From an uncultured bacterium (GTDB taxonomy: Bacteria; Zixibacteria; MSB-5A5; JAABVY01; JAHJOQ01): a stretch of 22,696 nt of DNA. The translations under genes were made by a program, and so were the position numbers. Where the stretch lies: the NCBI GenBank assembly GCA_965369655.1, contig CBDUQR010000041.1:1-22696 (forward strand). Reading direction: 5' to 3'. Of the stretch, positions 1 to 7,932 are shown in pieces (the first letter of the stretch is position 1; each line of letters opens with the position of its first letter). A model generated the notes under the pieces. It was given only the letters and a program-made list of their open reading frames with translations. It made no database searches and was not told the origin of the DNA.

Positions 1-41
1 ACGAGCAAGACTCGCACTGGATAATGCCCCAACAGAATGAA

Positions 42-342
42 TCATACCACTAGCAGACTGATTGCCTGACGGTCTTTCTTGAGTTGCCTTAAATCTTGTG
101 CTAACTTCCTTCCATTCTGCTCAACCTCCTGTCCCACCTGAGCTAGCTCCCTTTTGCTCAATCTCCTGCTGCATTTGAGCTTGCTCTTCTCTCACTTGTT
201 CAATCTCCTGCCGCGCCCCTCGTACTTTCTCAATTCTTGCAGCTAACATAGTCCGCAAGTAATCGGAAAACTTGGCAAAAGCATAGAAGAAGAAACAGAG
301 TACGACCAGAATTCCGAGCATTTCAGCCGTGTTAATCTTCAC
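42..342 (-). pseudogene. Frameshifted small membrane-anchored coiled-coil protein with 14-aa repeats
   Basis: From GTG 342 (or ATG 321): hydrophobic helix MLGILVVLCFFFYAFA, then QEIEQ repeats. The frame stops at 121, but the repeat pattern continues in a shifted frame (ELAQVGQEVEQNGRKLAQDLRQLKKDRQAISLLVV) to TGA at 44-42. Confidence 0.5.
90..210 (-). repeat. Three tandem ~42-nt coding repeats (42/37/42 nt)
   Basis: Minus-strand units start CAGGAGATTGAACAA (210), CAGGAGATTGAGCAA (168) and CAGGAGGTTGAGCAG (131). Confidence 0.75.
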
Positions 343-401
343 ATGTATCCCATCAATACCTGTTGTACTCCGAACCACAGTTTGTTCGCATGCCTGGCAT
401 C

Positions 402-1811
402 TTATAACCTCTTGCTGATCCGTTCCTTGTACGGCACATGCTTGCGTGAATAGTACTCTTTGGACATCCTTCGTGTTACACCCGAAAGCGCGAGGATTGC
501 AATCAGATTCGGTATTGTCATTATGCCGAGCGCGATGTCGCCGAACCCCCAGACTATCTCGAGTTTCAGGACTGCTCCGTAGAACAACACGACACAATAG
601 ACAATCCTGTACGGCGTAACCCAACGATTTCCGAACAGATACTGCACCGATCTGTCACCATAATACGACCAGCTTATCATGGTCGACAACGCGAAAAGAA
701 ATACAGACGCGGTGACGATATACCCCCCGTATCCATTCATCATCGTCAGCCCCTGTGTGAAAGCGTATGTCGTGAGCGGCGAACCATTGAGCGCTTCACC
801 ACCGACCGTCACTGTCCACGCATCGGTGACGATGATGCAAAGCCCTGTTATCGAACAGACCATAATTGTGTCAATGTACGGACCAACCATCGCGACAGTG
901 CCCTCGCGAACCGGCTCAGTCGTCTTTGCTGCTGCGTGCGCGATCGCCGCCGATCCCTGCCCAGCCTCGTTTGAGAAGAGACCCCGTTTGACTCCCCAGA
1001 CCATCGTGTAAATGAAAGCCGATCCGGCGAAACCGCCGATCATGCCGGGAGGTGAGAACGCACATTTGAAGATCGATTCGAATGCGCCCGGGATCTTATC
1101 GATATTCAACATCAGGATCATCAGTCCGCCTGTTACATAGATCACCGTCATGGTTGGCGTCAATTTACTCGCCACCTGACCGATTCTCCTGATGCCGCCG
1201 ATGATCACAGTCCCGACCAGCAACGCGAGAAACAAGCCAGTAATCCAGGTCGGAATCGAAAAATCAGAGTGGAGTTGATCGGCCACAGTGAACGACTGTA
1301 TCGAATTGCCGGTCCCGAAGGAGCAGACCGCAGCACTGATGGCAAAGATCACAGCGAGCCATTTCCATCCGAGTCCCTGCTCGATATAGTACATCGGCCC
1401 GCCGGAGGCGGAACCGTCGGGATTGAGCTTCCTGTATTTCATCGAAAGCGTACACTCAGCGTATTTCAGCGATGTGCCGAATATCGCAGTCACCCACATC
1501 CAGAAGAGAGCACCCGGCCCGCCGTAATGGATCGCAGTCGCCGTACCGGCTATGTTACCGATCCCGATCGTCGCCGAAAGCGCAGCGGAAAGCGCCTGGA
1601 AATGCGTGATGTCCCCCGCATCTTTAGGATCATCGAACTTCCCGCGAGTAACATCTATGGCATGTTTCACGTACTTCAGTTGGGGAAAGCCGAGCTTGAT
1701 CGTGATGAATACTCCCGTTCCGACAAGGAGCACAACCAGTATCGGCAGTTCTTCAGGAAAAGACCAGACTATGCCGGCTATGAAATCGACGATCGATCTG
1801 AGAATGTCCAT
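402..1811 (-). CDS. Alanine/glycine:cation symporter (AGCS family, AlsT/AgcS-like)
   Basis: 469 aa, many TM segments; family motifs SATIGIGNIAG, GGPGALFWMW, GGPMYY, FSNEAGQGS; GGAGGAG RBS upstream of the ATG. Confidence 0.95.
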   Translation of the reverse strand: MDILRSIVDFIAGIVWSFPEELPILVVLLVGTGVFITIKLGFPQLKYVKHAIDVTRGKFDDPKDAGDITHFQALSAALSATIGIGNIAGTATAIHYGGPGALFWMWVTAIFGTSLKYAECTLSMKYRKLNPDGSASGGPMYYIEQGLGWKWLAVIFAISAAVCSFGTGNSIQSFTVADQLHSDFSIPTWITGLFLALLVGTVIIGGIRRIGQVASKLTPTMTVIYVTGGLMILMLNIDKIPGAFESIFKCAFSPPGMIGGFAGSAFIYTMVWGVKRGLFSNEAGQGSAAIAHAAAKTTEPVREGTVAMVGPYIDTIMVCSITGLCIIVTDAWTVTVGGEALNGSPLTTYAFTQGLTMMNGYGGYIVTASVFLFALSTMISWSYYGDRSVQYLFGNRWVTPYRIVYCVVLFYGAVLKLEIVWGFGDIALGIMTIPNLIAILALSGVTRRMSKEYYSRKHVPYKERISKRL

Positions 1812-1992
1812 GCTCTCCTCCAGCGCTTGCGGAAGCGGTGGATCGACACCACGCCACCGAACCAGAGTTGACTGCGCAGCGGTTAATATGGATCAATATT
1901 GGAAGCGGCTATTATGTATGCAAGAGAAAAGTCCGATAATCATTCAAGAGTGTTGGTCCATTGGGACTCATACACCCTTGATATGCTGGTAC

Positions 1993-2079
1993 TGTGGGCG
2001 GCAGACGTCCTCGCAAGCTCTGAGCTTCGAAGAGTCTGCCCCGTTGGAATGCGGCAGACCGGGAGGTCTGCCGGCCACA
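1993..2079. repeat. Inverted REP-like doublet (GTGG-tagged GGCAGAC...GTCTGCC palindromes)
   Basis: TGTGGGCGGCAGAC-gtcctc-[insert]-GTCTGCC (1993-2040) and GGCAGAC-cgggag-GTCTGCCGGCCACA (2053-2079); the same core recurs at 7768-7830. Confidence 0.75.
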
Positions 2080-2265
2080 ATTCCAGATAAGCGGGTGTTT
2101 AGTATTGAAACGGTCGGAAGATTGATCTATATTTGAACCAATCAGAGGCCGATCGGTTACATAGGTCTGTGTAACAACTGATGGACTCCGGCGAGTCGTA
2201 TATGGCAACTCGCAGGAGAGTTCTCGGATGAATCGATCCCTCTGGGCAAACTTCAGGAGGCTGTA

Positions 2266-3885
2266 ATGTACGATGGTGAAGAGAGACTCAGACAGGAATT
2301 GAAACAGCTCGGCATCGTCAACACTGGTCAGTTGAGATGGAATCTCAATACGCCGTCACTCTACGAGCAGGCAATCATCAGGCGTGAAGGCGATCTGGCG
2401 CATCTCGGACCACTGGTGGTCAGGACTGGACATCACACAGCCCGAGCCGCGAACGATAAGTATATTGTTGACGAACCGAGTTCGACCGACAAAATCTGGT
2501 GGGGCAAAGTCAACGAACCGATCAGCGAGGAAAGATTTGAATCGCTGTATAACCGCGTGGTCGCATATTTGCAGGGGCGCGAACTGTTCGTGCAGGATGT
2601 ATACGCAGGCGCCGACCCGAACTATCGCCAGGCAGTGCGCGTAGTCACTGAGACAGCGTGGCACAACCTGTTCGCAAGAAACATGTTCATCAGAATCCGG
2701 AACAGAGAAGACCTGAAGCTCCATAAGCCGGAATTCACTGTGCTCCATGTTCCGCATTTCCATGCGCGACCCGACTTCGACAAGACCAACAGCGAGACAT
2801 TCATCATCGTCCATTTCGGCAAGAAGCTTGTCATCATAGGCGGCACCAGTTACGCGGGCGAGATCAAGAAATCGGTCTTCACCTACATGAATTACCTGCT
2901 GCCGCAGGAAAACGTGTTGTCGATGCACTGCTCCGCCAATGTTGGAGAAGATGACGATGTCGCACTCTTTTTCGGGTTATCCGGTACGGGCAAGACAACG
3001 CTCTCTGCGGACCCCGAACGGAGGCTGATCGGCGACGACGAGCATGGCTGGAGCGACAACGGAGTCTTCAACTTTGAAGGCGGTTGCTACGCCAAAGTCA
3101 TCAGATTGTCCGAAGAAGCCGAGCCCGATATTTTCAAGACCACTCGCAGCTTTGGGACGGTCCTCGAAAATGTCGCTCTCGACTGCGACACAAGGCGCAT
3201 CGATCTTGATGATGGATCACTGACTGAAAACACGAGAGCGGCATATCCGATCTCACACATCGAGACTGCGATCGCCGATGGCGTCGGCGCAATCCCTCGG
3301 AACATCGTCATGCTTACATACGATGCGTTCGGCGTCATGCCGCCGATTTCGAAGCTGACCCCGCAACAGGCGATGTATCACTTCATTTCGGGCTACACGG
3401 CGAAAGTCGGGGGCACCGAGAAAGGGATCGGCGACGAACCGAAGACGGTATTCTCGGCCTGTTTCGGCGCACCGTTTATGGCGCTGCATCCGTCGGCATA
3501 CGCGAAGCTGCTTGAGGAGAAAATCAGCAGGCACAACGTCAAATGCTGGCTGATAAATACCGGCATGATCGGTGGCATTTACGGAATCGGTTCACGCGTG
3601 AAGATCGCGCATACTCGCGCAATGGTAAAAGCGGCGCTTACGGGACAACTCGACGACGTGAAGTTTGTCACTGAGCCGGTTTTCGGCCTTGCAATACCAG
3701 AAACATGCCCCGGCGTGCCTTCGAAGCTACTCAATCCGAGAAACGCATGGGCTGATCCTGAAGAATACGACACAACGGCTCGGAAACTTGCAGACAGTTT
3801 CCGTAAGAATTTCAAGGAGTATGAGCAGGATGTGTCGAACGAAGTTCTTCAGGCCGGACCAAGGAATGAATCGATAACGGTTTGA
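2266..3885 (+). CDS. pckA: Phosphoenolpyruvate carboxykinase (ATP)
   Basis: 539 aa; YAGEIKKS, MHCSAN, P-loop GLSGTGKTTLS, LIGDDEHGW, NFEGGCYAK, ENTRAAYP; AGGAGG RBS. Confidence 0.98.
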   Translation: MYDGEERLRQELKQLGIVNTGQLRWNLNTPSLYEQAIIRREGDLAHLGPLVVRTGHHTARAANDKYIVDEPSSTDKIWWGKVNEPISEERFESLYNRVVAYLQGRELFVQDVYAGADPNYRQAVRVVTETAWHNLFARNMFIRIRNREDLKLHKPEFTVLHVPHFHARPDFDKTNSETFIIVHFGKKLVIIGGTSYAGEIKKSVFTYMNYLLPQENVLSMHCSANVGEDDDVALFFGLSGTGKTTLSADPERRLIGDDEHGWSDNGVFNFEGGCYAKVIRLSEEAEPDIFKTTRSFGTVLENVALDCDTRRIDLDDGSLTENTRAAYPISHIETAIADGVGAIPRNIVMLTYDAFGVMPPISKLTPQQAMYHFISGYTAKVGGTEKGIGDEPKTVFSACFGAPFMALHPSAYAKLLEEKISRHNVKCWLINTGMIGGIYGIGSRVKIAHTRAMVKAALTGQLDDVKFVTEPVFGLAIPETCPGVPSKLLNPRNAWADPEEYDTTARKLADSFRKNFKEYEQDVSNEVLQAGPRNESITV

Positions 3886-3937
3886 ACAGACATAGAAAAC
3901 TGGATCGAAAACCTGAATCAGGGATGGAATCTGTTAC

Positions 3938-4909
3938 ATGGCAGTAAGTGGGATTGGGATTATCACAAGCGGTGGTGATGCGCCTGGCATGAACGCATGC
4001 ATCAGGGCAGTCGTTCGCACAGCCCTTAAGAAGAAGATGGAGATCTACGGATACTTGCGCGGCTACTGCGGACTTATCGAGGATGACTTCATCACCCTCA
4101 AACGCTTCGCCGTCTCGAATATCATCCATACGGGCGGCAGCATCCTGATATCTTCGCGCAGCAAGGAATTCGAGACTGAAGAGGGTCGCCGCAAGGCTGC
4201 CGAGAATCTCGAAAAGCGTGGAGTGACCGGACTGGTTGTCATTGGCGGCAATGGCAGCATGACGGGAGCGCATCTCCTCGGACAGGAATCGGGCATCAGA
4301 GTCATCGGAGTGCCGGGAACTATCGACAGGGACATCTATGGCACCACGCAGACGATCGGATTCGACACGGCAGTAAACACCGCCCTCGAAGCGATCGACA
4401 GGATAAGGGATACTGCTTCGGCTATGGAGCGAGTATTCATTATCGAAGTAATGGGGCGCGACTCCGGTGACATAGCGTTGTATGCCGGTGTGGCGGGCGG
4501 CGCCGACGCCGTCCTCGTGCCGGAGATCAAGACGGACATCGGGGCGCTGATCGCAAATATCAAGCTTGGATTCGAGATCGGTAAGAAGACAAACCTGATT
4601 GTGGTCGCCGAGGGTCATGAGTCCGGTGGAGCGATTAAGCTCTCAGAAACGTTAAGCGCAAGCGGCATCAAGTCGTGGGTATCGATACTCGGCCACATTC
4701 AGAGAGGCGGTCGTCCGACAGTGCGAGACAGGTATCTCGCGACGGCATTCGGAGTGGCTGCGGTTAATGCGCTCGCCGACGGCATATCAGGAGTTATGAC
4801 CGGATGGGATGCGGGCGGAGGAATCAAGCATGTTCCGTTGAAGGAAACATATTCGAACAAGAAGGTATTCAGACCGAAAATCAGGGAGCTTCTTGAAGCG
4901 GTGAGTTGA
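3938..4909 (+). CDS. pfkA: ATP-dependent 6-phosphofructokinase
   Basis: 323 aa; TSGGDAPGMNA, GGNGS, PGTIDRD, IGFDTA, EVMGR, VAEG, LGHIQRGG. Gly at both donor-specificity positions indicates the ATP type. Confidence 0.95.
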   Translation: MAVSGIGIITSGGDAPGMNACIRAVVRTALKKKMEIYGYLRGYCGLIEDDFITLKRFAVSNIIHTGGSILISSRSKEFETEEGRRKAAENLEKRGVTGLVVIGGNGSMTGAHLLGQESGIRVIGVPGTIDRDIYGTTQTIGFDTAVNTALEAIDRIRDTASAMERVFIIEVMGRDSGDIALYAGVAGGADAVLVPEIKTDIGALIANIKLGFEIGKKTNLIVVAEGHESGGAIKLSETLSASGIKSWVSILGHIQRGGRPTVRDRYLATAFGVAAVNALADGISGVMTGWDAGGGIKHVPLKETYSNKKVFRPKIRELLEAVS

Positions 4910-4927
4910 CAGGTGCACGGAGGAGCG

Positions 4928-7513
4928 ATGAGCAGGAGTTTCGTCAAAGCAATAAAGACATTTCAGGTGAATCCAACTCTGCCGCCGGAGTTGAATGATC
5001 TCAGGGACATATCCTTCAATCTATGGTGGTGCTGGAATCACGATGTGATCGGACTCTTTCGTCGCCTGGACCGCAATCTGTGGGAGCAGACCGGTCATAA
5101 CCCTGTGCTGATGCTCGGTTCGATCGACCAGGAAAGACTTCAACGCGCTGCTCAGGACGAGGGTTTCAAGGCTCATCTGGAACGGGTCAGGGAGGACCTG
5201 CAGACCTACCTGTCTGAGTCGGCATGGTTCGCGACAACACAATTCCAGACCGAAACCCCGATCATCGCCTATTTCTCCGCCGAATTCGGATTCACGGAAT
5301 GCCTCCGGAGCTATTCCGGCGGCCTCGGAATTCTCGCGGGTGATCATATCAAATCCGCGAGCGACACAGGCATCCCCCTTGTCGGGGTCGGCCTGCTCTA
5401 TCAGCAGGGCTACTTCCGGCAGTATCTCAACAACGATGGCTGGCAGCAGGAATTCTACCCGGAAAATGACTTCTACAATCTTCCCCTGACGAGAGTCAAC
5501 TCGGACGACGGCAGTCCGCTAATGATCGCGATCGATTTCCCGGGTCGAAAAGTGTATGCGAATATCTGGAGAGTCCAGGTAGGTCGGATTTCTGTCTATC
5601 TCCTCGACACAAATGTACCAAAGAACAGCCCCGAGGATCGCACTATCACAAACCAACTCTACGGCGGCGACAACGAAACAAGAATCAAGCAGGAGATCGT
5701 GCTCGGCATTGGCGGCGTAACGGCCCTGGACACGCTCGGAATCAAGCCGGTTGTATTCCACATGAACGAAGGGCATTCAGCGTTCCTGGCTCTGGAGCGG
5801 ATTCGCCGCTGGATCAAGCATAACAATCTGAGCACATTTGAAGCTATCACGCTCTCCCGCCAAAGCACGGTCTTCACGACACACACTCCTGTACCCGCAG
5901 GTATCGATGAATTCAGTGTGTCTCTCATGCAGACATATTTCAGGCACTACTATCCTCGACTCAACATGAAGTGGGACGAATTCCTCGCTCTCGGATCGGC
6001 AAACGATTCGACCGGATCGAGTCAACCGTTCAATATGGCAAACCTCGCCCTGAAAATGGCTACGTACATAAACGGCGTATCCAAACTCCATCGTGAGGTG
6101 TCGCGTCACATGTGGCAGAAGTTCTGGAAAAAAGTGCCAATCGATGAAATCCCCTTAGACGGCGTGACCAACGGTGTTCATATGAATTCATGGATTTCGG
6201 CCGAGATGTCGGTTTTGTTCGACCGGTACCTTGGTCCCGAATGGAAGAGAAATGCGACCAGTCAGAATCTCTGGGACAGGATTCTGGAGATTCCTGATGA
6301 GGAACTGTGGCGCGTTCATGAACGCCGGAAAGAGAGGCTCGTAGCCTTCACACGGAGAAGGCTGGCTGAGCAGATCAAGCGGCGTGGAGGCCTCGGTTCG
6401 GATATTAAGGCAGCCCGAGAAGTGCTCAATTCCGAAGCGCTTACGATCGGATTTGCTCGCCGTTTCGCGACATACAAGCGAGGCACTCTGCTCTTCAAAG
6501 ACTTGGACCGGCTCACCAGAATCTTGACAAACCCGGACCGCCCGGTGCAGTTGATATTCGCGGGCAAAGCGCATCCAAGAGATAACGAAGGGAAAGAACT
6601 GATAAAGGAAATTGTCCATCTGGGGCGACGTGACGACTTCCGGAATCACATCGTCTTCCTCGAGAACTACGACATAGCTATTGGCCGATACCTGGTACAG
6701 GGCGTAGACGTATGGCTCAATACGCCGAGGAGACCGATGGAGGCGTCCGGAACATCGGGCATGAAAGTCGTTTTCAACGGCGGAATCAACCTGAGCATTC
6801 TCGATGGATGGTGGGCTGAAGCCTATAACCCTGAAGTCGGCTGGGCTATCGGTGGCGGTGAAGAATACGCCGACCTAAGATATCAGGACTGGGTTGAGGC
6901 TAACGCGCTCTACGATGTTCTCGAAAAGGAAATCATCCCACAGTTCTATGACATCGGACGCGATGACCTTCCCAGAGAATGGATCGCCAAGATGAAGCAG
7001 TCGTTGCGACAGCTCGGCCCGATGTTCAACACAAACCGAATGGTCAAGGAATATGCGGAGTCGTTCTACCTGCCCGCTTTCAGACAGTCACAAATACTGC
7101 AGAAAAACGACCGCAAGGAATTGAAGGATCTCTCTGCGTGGCGGGAAAGACTGCTCGATGCCTGGGGCGATGTCAGAATACTACAGGTGAACTCCGATTC
7201 ACCGGAAGAGACCGAAGTCGGATCAGAACTTGACGTGGAAGCGTTTGTGCACCTCGCTGAACTGCTCCCATCCGATGTAATCGTCGAGCTGTATGTCGGT
7301 CGACTCAGCCCGTCCGGCGAAATATCGGAGGCGACCCCGGTACCGCTCGAGTTCACAGGGGAAGATCGTGAGGGAGCCTATCGTTTCAAGGGTACGGCAC
7401 AATTCGCAAAATCAGGAAGACACGGGTTTTCTGTCAGAGTGACCCCATTCCACAGAAGCCTTGTCAAACACTTCGAACTCGGCATGGTGACCTGGGCAAA
7501 CGAATCGATCTGA
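4928..7513 (+). CDS. glgP: Alpha-glucan (glycogen) phosphorylase, GT35
   Basis: YFSAEFG, YSGGLGILAGD, HMNEGH, FTTHTPVPAG, ARRFATYKR, AGKAHP and PLP-lysine motif EASGTSGMK. ATG 4928 chosen because GGAGGAG precedes it. Confidence 0.96.
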   Translation: MSRSFVKAIKTFQVNPTLPPELNDLRDISFNLWWCWNHDVIGLFRRLDRNLWEQTGHNPVLMLGSIDQERLQRAAQDEGFKAHLERVREDLQTYLSESAWFATTQFQTETPIIAYFSAEFGFTECLRSYSGGLGILAGDHIKSASDTGIPLVGVGLLYQQGYFRQYLNNDGWQQEFYPENDFYNLPLTRVNSDDGSPLMIAIDFPGRKVYANIWRVQVGRISVYLLDTNVPKNSPEDRTITNQLYGGDNETRIKQEIVLGIGGVTALDTLGIKPVVFHMNEGHSAFLALERIRRWIKHNNLSTFEAITLSRQSTVFTTHTPVPAGIDEFSVSLMQTYFRHYYPRLNMKWDEFLALGSANDSTGSSQPFNMANLALKMATYINGVSKLHREVSRHMWQKFWKKVPIDEIPLDGVTNGVHMNSWISAEMSVLFDRYLGPEWKRNATSQNLWDRILEIPDEELWRVHERRKERLVAFTRRRLAEQIKRRGGLGSDIKAAREVLNSEALTIGFARRFATYKRGTLLFKDLDRLTRILTNPDRPVQLIFAGKAHPRDNEGKELIKEIVHLGRRDDFRNHIVFLENYDIAIGRYLVQGVDVWLNTPRRPMEASGTSGMKVVFNGGINLSILDGWWAEAYNPEVGWAIGGGEEYADLRYQDWVEANALYDVLEKEIIPQFYDIGRDDLPREWIAKMKQSLRQLGPMFNTNRMVKEYAESFYLPAFRQSQILQKNDRKELKDLSAWRERLLDAWGDVRILQVNSDSPEETEVGSELDVEAFVHLAELLPSDVIVELYVGRLSPSGEISEATPVPLEFTGEDREGAYRFKGTAQFAKSGRHGFSVRVTPFHRSLVKHFELGMVTWANESI

Positions 7514-7529
7514 TCGCGCAATCAGATTT

Positions 7530-7832
7530 GTAGGTCAATCGGCCTGCCTGTCCTGAGCCTTGCGAAGGACCCGATTGACGAGTCCCGTAGGTCATGCCCG
7601 CTTGCAACGTCCTGAGTTTGGCGAAGGAGGGCGTGACATTCCGGTAATCCTCACGTCCCCATTCGTCAGGAAATTCTCACGCCCCGAGCGGGCGTGAGCT
7701 ACAAGAACTGGAGGAAGGAGGATCAGAGGGGGCACAGGACTCCTGATCTACGATCCTATCTGTGGAGGGCAGACGTCCTCGCAAAGTCCTGAGCCTCGAA
7801 GGACGAGTCCTGTGCTTCGAAGGGTCTGCCAC
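7530..7832. repeat. Cluster of GTAG/GTGG-tagged REP-like palindromes with inserted GA mini-hairpins
   Basis: GTAG-GTCAATCGG...CCGATTGAC (7530-7579); GTAG-GTCATGCCC...GGGCGTGAC (7587-7637); CTCACGCCC-cgagc-GGGCGTGAG-CTAC (7676-7702); TCCTGATCTAC (7741-7751); TGTGGAGGGCAGAC...GTCTGCC (7761-7830). Confidence 0.8.
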
Positions 7833-7932
7833 GCTGTAACGAACATTCGACTACCATTCCGCACAGCATCTATATATATTCACAGGCAACATACATCAAC
7901 CGACTCACCGTCGTCTGTCAGGAGTTGCAATT

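Noticed and set aside
121-624. 167-aa ORF as listed; superficial similarity to ATP synthase subunit b
   Set aside because: The 5' part overlaps the symporter gene in another frame. The TM + coiled-coil likeness is generic and there are no atp genes nearby.
1552-2208. ORFs of 194, 63 and 98 aa in or over the symporter-pckA intergenic region
   Set aside because: They overlap a real gene on the antisense strand or cross REP repeats, and show no motifs.
2205-2262. GCAGGAGAG...CTTCAGG resembling glycine riboswitch fragments near an AGCS gene
   Set aside because: It is on the wrong strand for the symporter, lacks the CCGAAG core and supporting stems, and the CAGGAGG is simply the pckA RBS.
7509-7530. 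Hairpin TCTGAT-cgcgca-ATCAGA-TTTG after glgP as an intrinsic terminator
   Set aside because: The stem is weak and AT-rich, overlaps the stop codon and has only a short U tract.
7550-7570. GA cassette as a kink-turn or riboswitch
   Set aside because: There is no 3-nt bulge next to the tandem GA pairs, and copies occur in unrelated contexts inside REP loops.
7530-7832. Possible CRISPR array
   Set aside because: Repeats are not identical or regularly spaced, there are no unique spacers of constant length, and no cas genes; the pattern fits REP-like palindromes.
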